Source: Bacteroidota bacterium
GTDB lineage: Bacteria > Bacteroidota > Bacteroidia > AKYH767-A > 2013-40CM-41-45
DNA length: 64,000 nucleotides
Assembly: GCA_031417395.1 (NCBI GenBank)
Contig: JANOVM010000024.1
Coordinates: 1,491 to 65,490, forward strand
Direction of reading: 5' to 3'
Part shown: one piece after another, positions 40,103 through 46,546 of the stretch
Position numbering within the stretch: the stretch's first letter is position 1
Layout: each line of letters begins with the position of its first letter
Notes under the pieces: generated by a model
What the model was told of the DNA's origin: nothing
What the model saw: only the letters and a program-made list of their open reading frames with translations
Database searches by the model: none
Translations under genes and position numbers: made by a program

Positions 40103-41179
40103 ATGAGTGTCACTTTAAGAAGGAAAAAAAACAGTGATGGAAGTACTTCTCAGTACTTAGACATCTACCATAACAGTCAAAGAACCTATGAGTTTCTAGC
40201 AGATTGTAAGCTATTCAAGCCGTCCTCGCCACTTGACAGGAAAGATAACCGTGATCGTGTAGAGCTTGCAGAAAGAATCAGAATGAAGCGAGAGCAGCAA
40301 ATTCAGAGCGATGAATATGACATATCACCGGCCTTCAAAATTGGGATTGATTTTATAAAGCTATTCGATAATTACTTGGAACGCTACACTAAAAAAGATA
40401 AACGAATTGTATCTGCATGTTTAAAGCAATTCAAAGATTACATGGTGGAGGAGGGACATAAGAAACTTACTACAAAACAGATCAACGGGAAAGTTGTTAA
40501 TCAATTCAAGGAACACTTAGAAAAAACTCTTAATGGTGAAACTCCTGCGAATTACTTCAAAAAATTTAAACGGGTTTTAAAAACTGCAATGATAGATAAG
40601 AATATTTCAGCATCATTAGCACTTGAAATAAATGACATCAGTATAAAATCTGAAACTGGAATAAAAAAGGATATTCTGACTTATGAGGAAATACAAGATC
40701 TTGCCTCGACACAAATGACAAACAAAGAAGTAAAGCGAGCTTTTCTTTTTTCGTGCTTCACAGGGTTAAGATTTTGTGATATAATTAATCTAAAGTGGAG
40801 GCATGTACAGGGCAAGACTCTGAACCTCGTACAACAAAAAACACAGGTTGCAGTATCAATAAATCTAAATAAGACGGCATTAAACTTATTAGGTGAGAAA
40901 CAGGACGCAAATAAATTTGTTTTCAATTTACCCTCACATACTGCATGTATTAAAGGAATTAAGAAATGGTGTACAAACGCAGGTATCACAAAAAAAATAA
41001 CGTGGCATTGTGCAAGACATTCTTTTGCAACAGGAATTATTTTTTATGGAAGCGATGTAAAAAACGCTAGTGCATTACTCGGACATAAATCACTTGCATA
41101 CACCGATAGATATTTGAGAGTAGTAGATTCATTGAAGGAGAAAGCAGTTGAGAATCTACCGGAATTGAATTTATTATAA
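40103..41179 (+). CDS. Tyrosine recombinase / integrase (Bacteroidota Arm-DNA-bind_5 / SAM-like type)
   Basis: YLDIY N-terminus; FSCFTGLRFCD (R), QKT (K), HCARHSFAT (HxxR), LLGH, TDRY (Y). Confidence 0.97.
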   Translation: MSVTLRRKKNSDGSTSQYLDIYHNSQRTYEFLADCKLFKPSSPLDRKDNRDRVELAERIRMKREQQIQSDEYDISPAFKIGIDFIKLFDNYLERYTKKDKRIVSACLKQFKDYMVEEGHKKLTTKQINGKVVNQFKEHLEKTLNGETPANYFKKFKRVLKTAMIDKNISASLALEINDISIKSETGIKKDILTYEEIQDLASTQMTNKEVKRAFLFSCFTGLRFCDIINLKWRHVQGKTLNLVQQKTQVAVSINLNKTALNLLGEKQDANKFVFNLPSHTACIKGIKKWCTNAGITKKITWHCARHSFATGIIFYGSDVKNASALLGHKSLAYTDRYLRVVDSLKEKAVENLPELNLL

Positions 41180-41190
41180 CCTGTTAAACT

Positions 41191-42078
41191 ATGGCTATGA
41201 AGAAAACAGAAGACAAAACAGACGAGTTAAAAACCCCTGAACAGTGGATGACAACAGAATCACCATCGGAGCTAGAGAAAAGTATTCAAAGTTGCGAAAC
41301 AGCGATGCGAATTATAAATAGAAGTATTGAAATAGCAGGAGGAAAAGGAATACCTATAAGTCAAGGCTATCTTATAGAAAATCAAGCGAGAGTTGATATT
41401 TACTTTATCAATCTTGAGAAAGCATTTCTAACCGGCCTTGAAGATGATAGCATAACTCCAAAGGGTAATTGGTTTAATCAATTCGAAATGATTGCTGTGA
41501 ACGGAATTGATAAAGGGACAGAGAGAAAAAATAGTCCATTTGAAAAAAATGAATTAACGGAATATATCATCAGTAAATTTACTTCACTGAAAAACACAAT
41601 TGCAAGTTGTAGGAAAATCCATACTGAGAACATTAGGCGTAACAAAAACAATGCTCCATTATCGCAGGACAAAAACAATGTATCATATAATCTGATTGAA
41701 TTGAATTATACTCCAGTACAACAGGTAGAAATAATACAATTTTTATTTGATGAACTCAATCAAAAATTGTTTAATACTAGCTATGAGATATTTGTAAGGC
41801 ATTTTATTGAAGGTGAATCAATATTAGAAAAAATAATATGGATTGGAACTGAGCAACAAATTAAAGCGCTATTCAAATGGTTAGATGAAAAACAGATTAT
41901 CATAACTACTGATATAAATATTTTAATCAAGAATCATTTTGTCAATAAAAAGAGAAGGGAATTTAAGTGTAAACAACTTAGTGTTGTTTTGAGCAAAAGC
42001 GATTATAGTTTTGATAATCTGAAAATAATACCTCCTCTTACTAAAAAGTTAGAAAAGTTAGTGCTAACTTTTAACTAA
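41191..42078 (+). CDS. Hypothetical protein with C-terminal RteC-like domain, probable element regulator
   Basis: IIWIGTEQQIKALFKWL resembles the W-x-G-(S/T/N)...L..L motif of RteC-like C-termini; it lies between int and xis. Confidence 0.55.
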   Translation: MAMKKTEDKTDELKTPEQWMTTESPSELEKSIQSCETAMRIINRSIEIAGGKGIPISQGYLIENQARVDIYFINLEKAFLTGLEDDSITPKGNWFNQFEMIAVNGIDKGTERKNSPFEKNELTEYIISKFTSLKNTIASCRKIHTENIRRNKNNAPLSQDKNNVSYNLIELNYTPVQQVEIIQFLFDELNQKLFNTSYEIFVRHFIEGESILEKIIWIGTEQQIKALFKWLDEKQIIITTDINILIKNHFVNKKRREFKCKQLSVVLSKSDYSFDNLKIIPPLTKKLEKLVLTFN

Positions 42079-42130
42079 CCTACACTAACCCCATTTCCTA
42101 TTCTTATTTACTTTTTTTGCACTTGCTAAC
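42044..42130. promoter_or_regulatory. GTTAG/CTAAC operator-like array upstream of xis
   Basis: GTTAG at 42048 and 42057; CTAAC at 42064, 42075, 42085 and 42126; core palindrome AAAAGTTAG-TG-CTAACTTTT. Confidence 0.55.
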
Positions 42131-42144
42131 TAAAACTTAAAGCA

Positions 42145-42447
42145 ATGGTGGAAAAAGAAATTTTACAAGAACTCCACAGTATTAAAACAATACTGTCAGA
42201 GCAAAACATAAATAGAAAAGACGTGCTCAATTTTAATGAAGCCGTGAAATTTATTGATGTTTCTTCCTCATATCTGTATAAACTTACATCCTCTGGGAAG
42301 ATACCTCACTACAAGCCACAGGGCAAGAAAATTTTTTTCAGTCGTGTAGAATTGGAAGCATGGCTTTTAACTAACCCCGTAACTTCATCAGATGCAATTG
42401 AAATAAAAGCATCTACTCATGTGGCATTAAATGGTGATAGAAAATGA
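42145..42447 (+). CDS. Excisionase / HTH_17 (MerR-like) DNA-binding protein
   Basis: VLNFNEAVKFIDVSSSYLYKLTS.GKIPHYKPQGKKIFFSR.ELEAWL. Confidence 0.92.
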   Translation: MVEKEILQELHSIKTILSEQNINRKDVLNFNEAVKFIDVSSSYLYKLTSSGKIPHYKPQGKKIFFSRVELEAWLLTNPVTSSDAIEIKASTHVALNGDRK

Positions 42448-42530
42448 ACCCATTTCAAAAAATAAGGGGTGCGGTTTCCCGCGTCCCCTTTTGTCCTAAA
42501 ACGATTACAGGGCTAACTGCAAACGTTTGA
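42444..42530 (+). CDS. 28-aa leader peptide translationally coupled between xis and the rep-like gene
   Basis: MNPFQKIRGAVSRVPFCPKTITGLTANV*. Its ATG overlaps the xis stop (ATGA) and its TGA overlaps the next gene's TTG start (TTGA). Confidence 0.5.
   Translation: MNPFQKIRGAVSRVPFCPKTITGLTANV
42457..42513 (-). ncRNA. Putative counter-transcribed antisense RNA (ctRNA)
   Basis: Minus-strand -7-like AACGTTTG (42520-42527), then AAGGGG-AC-GCGG-GAAA-CCGC-A-CCCCTT-ATTTTTT hairpin and U-tract. Confidence 0.5.
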
Positions 42531-43207
42531 GTAAAGATACTAAGTATTTTACTTTCCCCATTGGAATGTTAACCAATGCACAGGCAGATATATCAAAAGT
42601 CTGTGAGAGCATTATTGATTATTCGTTATTCATGCACGCGAAAAAATTAGAACACGGTACACAGATAAAAAAAATCAAAGAAGCTGCTAATTTCTATGGT
42701 TATACTTTGGGCAATCTAAGGAAAACTATTAATGAAGGCGAAAATATTCTAAGTAAGAACTTCAAAGTAGTTACGAGTATTAACAAAGATACTATTGAAG
42801 ATTTCCGAATGAACCATAAAACACCGTTTGAAATTATAGTCTTTATATCGTTTTGCGCCCTTCGGAGTATCATCGGAAAGAAACCATACTGTAAGCTCGA
42901 AAACAAGTTTCTACTCTCACGGATGGCAGGATTTGAAAAGAGCGTATCAATTCAGGAGCTACCGGGATCAATACGATCTTATGCAAATGAATACCAAATG
43001 CGAAAAATAAAAAAAGAACTTATCAATCATTGGGGACTTAAACACTATTCACGGTTCACCCGTGGGTTTTATGTATCGTTTACAATGCCAAAGGTTGAAC
43101 TAATTTTCCATGCAGAGAAAAAACGAAAAAAATATCTTGAAAAAGAGAAATCAAATGAACAAAAAGAAGCACTCAAAAAAGTCATGTTGCAATTATACGG
43201 ATCGTAA
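42527..43207 (+). CDS. Hypothetical basic protein, putative replication initiator
   Basis: TTG start, K-rich, no recognised motif. The function is inferred from the upstream ctRNA/leader and downstream iteron-like repeats. Confidence 0.5.
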   Translation: MSKDTKYFTFPIGMLTNAQADISKVCESIIDYSLFMHAKKLEHGTQIKKIKEAANFYGYTLGNLRKTINEGENILSKNFKVVTSINKDTIEDFRMNHKTPFEIIVFISFCALRSIIGKKPYCKLENKFLLSRMAGFEKSVSIQELPGSIRSYANEYQMRKIKKELINHWGLKHYSRFTRGFYVSFTMPKVELIFHAEKKRKKYLEKEKSNEQKEALKKVMLQLYGS

Positions 43208-43212
43208 CCATA

Positions 43213-43449
43213 ACACGACCTATAAAAGGAAAAGAAGTGGATTGTAGTAATGAATCAATACTGAGTTGATATTAATTTCAAAAAGTACACGACCTATAAA
43301 AAGATATTGTAGTAAGATACTGTAAACAGAAATTCTAATAAGATACTTTAAAAAGAAAATATAAAAGTGTGTTCTCTTTTTATTTTTTTTTTCAAAAAAA
43401 AGAGAAAATAAAAAAAAACGTCGCGGGTTGTTGTTTGATACTAACCCGC
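43213..43449. other. Putative origin of replication (iterons, AT-rich tract, hairpin)
   Basis: ACACGACCTATAAAA x2 (43213, 43287); ATTGTAGTAA x2 (43241, 43306); TAAGATACT x2 (43313, 43339); poly-T/poly-A tract ~43371-43418; GCGGGTT...AACCCGC hairpin. Confidence 0.55.
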
Positions 43450-43503
43450 TACTCTTAATACCGGAGTTAAAAAAACTCTGTAAATTACAGGTAGAAAACA
43501 GAG

Positions 43504-43833
43504 ATGAAATATAAAGAAGGAAGTAGTGGTAATCCAAACGGCCGGCCAAAAGGATCGAAGAATAAGGTTGGGAGCGATCTTCGAGAAAGAATTATAAATT
43601 TTCTTTCCAATGAATTTGAAAATGTTCAAAACGATTTTCAGAAACTCAAACCCCATGAACGGATTCGTTTGTATTGTGATCTCTTACAATATGGCTTACC
43701 GAAACTTCAAGCAATGACATTAGATGCAGATATAACAAGTAATGAGGAAATAAATCTGCCTAGGCAAGTAATATTCAATAATCCACATTGCACCTGTTCA
43801 GCTTCTGTTTTAAGGGGAGATCAAAAAGAGTAG
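43504..43833 (+). CDS. DUF5681-family protein (terminase small subunit-like N-terminus)
   Basis: KEGSSGNPNGRPKGSKNK signature followed by a helical domain ending in YGLPKL. Confidence 0.75.
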   Translation: MKYKEGSSGNPNGRPKGSKNKVGSDLRERIINFLSNEFENVQNDFQKLKPHERIRLYCDLLQYGLPKLQAMTLDADITSNEEINLPRQVIFNNPHCTCSASVLRGDQKE

Positions 43834-43893
43834 GCTAAAAATTTTGTAGGTGAATAGGTTATTAAATTTTTTATACATTTGTTTCTGATATAA

Positions 43894-44052
43894 AAATATA
43901 GGCGTACTTATACTGCTACCGAATCAGCAACATTTTAATGCAGTTATACACAAGTCTAAGAATCGCTTCACGTTACGGCGTGGGGTTTTCTTATTTGTGT
44001 ATTCGCTCGTTGCTGAGCGTGGTAGCGATAAGTTTAGCTCCACGTCTTATTT
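43894..44052 (+). ncRNA. Long rod-like structured RNA leader
   Basis: Nested helices GGCGT/ACGTC, ACTTAT/ATAAGT, TGCTACC/GGTAGCG, TCAGCAAC/GTTGCTGA, ATACACAAGT/ATTTGTGTAT, TAAGAA/TTCTTA, GCTTCACG/CGTGGGGT; promoter TACATTTG at 43874. Confidence 0.65.
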
Positions 44053-44094
44053 TAACAAATCCGCTAGGGGCTTTGCGGATGCAACACAAAACCC

Positions 44095-44634
44095 ATGAAA
44101 AAAATTATGCTTTTATCAATGTTCATTTTAATCGTTTTATGTTCTGCATTTTCTCAGTGTACAACGAAGACAGACCCATATACCAAAACGGTATCAACCG
44201 TCTCAAAAGCAGTTAGATTTTACTATGAAAATGAAATTGCGTTTGGAAAATTTACAAGCCCTCCTGATTCAATCCATGAAACCACCACCGATCTTTATAT
44301 TGTTTTTTTTTATCACAAGAAGAGTGGAATACATTCAATCGTAGTTAGAGAGGGTGGAGAATTTAATATCATGCTGAAGGATAGTTCCATTATTAAAGGG
44401 TATTCGACTGAGTTAACTGTAGGAGAAACCAAAAGCACCTATATGTTTAACAAAAATCAATACGATACTTATATAAACTGTTCCTACTCTTTCAAAAAGG
44501 AAGATTTGCAGAAACTCTTAGCCTCTGAATTAATTGGTTTCAGATGTTATTTTGCAGATGACATATTTGATGGAAAAGTTAAACCAAAATTTAAAGAATC
44601 AGTTCTGAATGCACTAAAATGTATTGTAGATTAA
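44095..44634 (+). CDS. Exported hypothetical protein (element cargo)
   Basis: Signal peptide ending SAFS-QC; KTDPYT motif; terminal LKCI (possible N-to-C disulfide). Confidence 0.75.
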   Translation: MKKIMLLSMFILIVLCSAFSQCTTKTDPYTKTVSTVSKAVRFYYENEIAFGKFTSPPDSIHETTTDLYIVFFYHKKSGIHSIVVREGGEFNIMLKDSSIIKGYSTELTVGETKSTYMFNKNQYDTYINCSYSFKKEDLQKLLASELIGFRCYFADDIFDGKVKPKFKESVLNALKCIVD

Positions 44635-44755
44635 TCTAACGTTGCATCAATAGCTCAATCCTCCGCTTCATCACATAATAAATATTTACGCCCGCTTTTT
44701 GGCCACGCATGTAAAAGACAAAGAAGAAAATGACATCACTTAAATAATAAATAAA

Positions 44756-45922
44756 ATGAAAAAAATAATTACACTTTTAATTTTACTTTATTCATTTGTG
44801 AATATTGTAAATGCAGATAGTTGGACACAGAAATCTAACATAGGAGGAAGATACGGTGCAGTTGGTTTTTCTATTGGATCAAAAGGATATATCGGTACAG
44901 GATACAATAATAATTTTTTGAAAGATTTTTGGGAGTGGGATCAATCAACAAATGTATGGACACAAAAGGCGGACTTTGGAGGGATTCCTAGAGATGGTGC
45001 GGTTGGTTTTTCTATTGGAGCAAAAGGATATATTGGAGTTGGACATGACAGCTCTTCAAATTATCAAGATTTTTGGGAGTGGGATCAATCAACAAATGTA
45101 TGGACACAAAAGGCGGACTTTGGAGGAGGCATAAGATGGAATCCTAGAGGATTTTCAATAGGAACCAAAGGATATATTGGAACGGGTGAAGATAGCCTTT
45201 ATAGACAAGATTTTTGGGAGTGGGATCAATCAACAAATGTATGGACACAGAAAACCGCCTTTGGAGGGATAGCAAGAAGTGTAGACGTAGCTTTTTCGAT
45301 CGGTACAAAAGGGTATATAGGAACCGGATGGAATGGTGTTACTTGCATTCAGGATTTTTGGGAATGGAATCAATCAACTAATGTATGGACTCAGAAGGCT
45401 GACTTTGGTGGAGGATTAAGGAGAGAGGCCGTTGGTTTTTCAATCGGTACAAAAGGGTATATAGGAACCGGATGGAATGGTGTTATTTATAAACTTGATT
45501 TTTGGGAGTGGGATCAATCAACAAATGTATGGATACAGAAGGCTGACTTTGGTGGGGTAGCTAGAACAAGTGCAGTTGGTTTTTCAATCGGTACAAAAGG
45601 GTATATCGGTACAGGATACAATGTCTTAAATGATTTCTGGGAATGGAATTCAACTACAACAAGTATGAATGAAGTGATAGAACAAAATGAAGTTTCTGTT
45701 TATCCTAATCCAGTAAATGATTTTCTAAATATTCACATTTCAAAAAATAAGTTGAATGAGGAACTTATAATTATTGATATGTCAGGCAAAGAGGTTTACA
45801 AGAAAATGATTAGTGGACTTGATAATAGAATTGATATTTCCAAATTGAGTAATGGAATTTATATTTATCAGTTAAGAAATATTAATGAGAAGTTTCAAGG
45901 AAAATTTTTGATTGAGAAATAA
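44756..45922 (+). CDS. Six-bladed Kelch-like beta-propeller with T9SS type A CTD (element cargo)
   Basis: Six ~48-aa repeats (FSIGTKGYIGTG..DFWEW.QSTNVWTQKADFGG); YPNP..GIY..KFLIEK CTD. Confidence 0.92.
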   Translation: MKKIITLLILLYSFVNIVNADSWTQKSNIGGRYGAVGFSIGSKGYIGTGYNNNFLKDFWEWDQSTNVWTQKADFGGIPRDGAVGFSIGAKGYIGVGHDSSSNYQDFWEWDQSTNVWTQKADFGGGIRWNPRGFSIGTKGYIGTGEDSLYRQDFWEWDQSTNVWTQKTAFGGIARSVDVAFSIGTKGYIGTGWNGVTCIQDFWEWNQSTNVWTQKADFGGGLRREAVGFSIGTKGYIGTGWNGVIYKLDFWEWDQSTNVWIQKADFGGVARTSAVGFSIGTKGYIGTGYNVLNDFWEWNSTTTSMNEVIEQNEVSVYPNPVNDFLNIHISKNKLNEELIIIDMSGKEVYKKMISGLDNRIDISKLSNGIYIYQLRNINEKFQGKFLIEK

Positions 45923-46165
45923 AACTTTAACATTGAAATAAGATTCATTTTTAGTAGTAAGAAAACTAAAATTGGGTTGAATTTGATTTAAACAGTTTAT
46001 TAAGGAATCTATAACTCTAACCTCCGCTTTGATGAATTATGCGAGAGGTATCGCGAGGCCAAGCGTAGAGAAAGGCAGACATAGTTTTGAGACTGAAAAA
46101 TGAATTATGACACCAGTACGAGGGACAAAATAATTAAAGGTTAAAATCAGGGGAAATTGAATCTT

Positions 46166-46187
46166 TTGTTACTCTGTTGTTACTTAT
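46166..46187 (+). repeat. Integrase arm-type sites (right)
   Basis: TTGTTACTctGTTGTTACTTAT, about 60 bp inside attR. Confidence 0.75.
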
Positions 46188-46246
46188 AACCCAGTTTATT
46201 ATTATAATTAATTGATAAATAGTTGATTATGGGCTAGTATTGATAG

Positions 46247-46259
46247 CCGCACGGGCTAC
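46247..46259 (+). repeat. attR core (duplicated tRNA-Glu 3' end)
   Basis: CCGCACGGGCTAC identical to 39834-39846. Confidence 0.93.
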
Positions 46260-46277
46260 GGAAAACAGTTTGAGTGT

Positions 46278-46314
46278 GGAGTTTGGGTGCGATGAGAGCG
46301 CTCAAACTCCTTTT
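46278..46314 (+). terminator. Hairpin plus T-run just outside attR (probable pre-insertion tRNA terminator)
   Basis: GGAGTTTGGGTGC-GATGAGA-GCGCTCAAACTCC-TTTT with G-U pairs. Confidence 0.6.
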
Positions 46315-46546
46315 CGTTTTTATGAACTCCCAGACAACGCATTCAAACTCAAACTTTCAGGCTCAAAACTCTAATCTCAAGCCCTTACGAATCAAGTACT
46401 GCATTGTGGCGGAGCACTATTATGCTTGTTCGTTTTTTTTTAACTAAAGCAGGATTTTAACTCAATAGGCATCACTGTGATACATGAAACGTTTCATGAA
46501 GTTTTTAGCCATTATTGCTGAACGAAAAGCAGAAATGATATTTCAA

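Larger units (their letters stand above)
39834..46259. mobile_element. ~6.4 kb integrative element in the tRNA-Glu 3' end (satellite/PICI-like or mobilisable island)
   Basis: 13-bp att core CCGCACGGGCTAC at 39834-39846 and 46247-46259; tyrosine integrase adjacent to the tRNA; shared arm-type motifs near both ends. Confidence 0.92.

Noticed and set aside
39859-40137. Small ORFs at the left end of the element
   Set aside because: They overlap the terminator, arm sites and int start, and show no coding signature.
43220-43656. Minus-strand ORFs 43220-43549 and 43441-43656
   Set aside because: These are F/K/L-rich translations of the AT-rich ori-like region and antisense to DUF5681, so likely spurious.
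43894-44052. Retron msr-msd or integron attC site
   Set aside because: No reverse transcriptase or IntI-type integrase is present, and I could not identify RYYYAAC/GTTRRRY boxes bounding the hairpin.
43938-44216. 92-aa ORF across the structured leader
   Set aside because: It overlaps the better-supported signal-peptide gene in another frame and has no recognisable motif; a short leader peptide role cannot be excluded.
44920-45650. Regularly spaced near-identical repeats resembling a CRISPR array
   Set aside because: The repeats are in-frame blades of a protein with signal peptide and CTD, the intervening sequences are homologous to each other, and there are no cas genes.
44756-45922. Diversity-generating retroelement target (VR/TR pair)
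   Set aside because: There is no reverse transcriptase in the window, and differences between repeats are not adenine-specific.
39834-46259. Intact prophage or conjugative transposon
   Set aside because: It is too small and has no capsid, tail, large terminase, lysis, tra or relaxase genes.
46483-46498. parS site
   Set aside because: The parS consensus is TGTTTCACGTGAAACA; this palindrome has a different arm arrangement.
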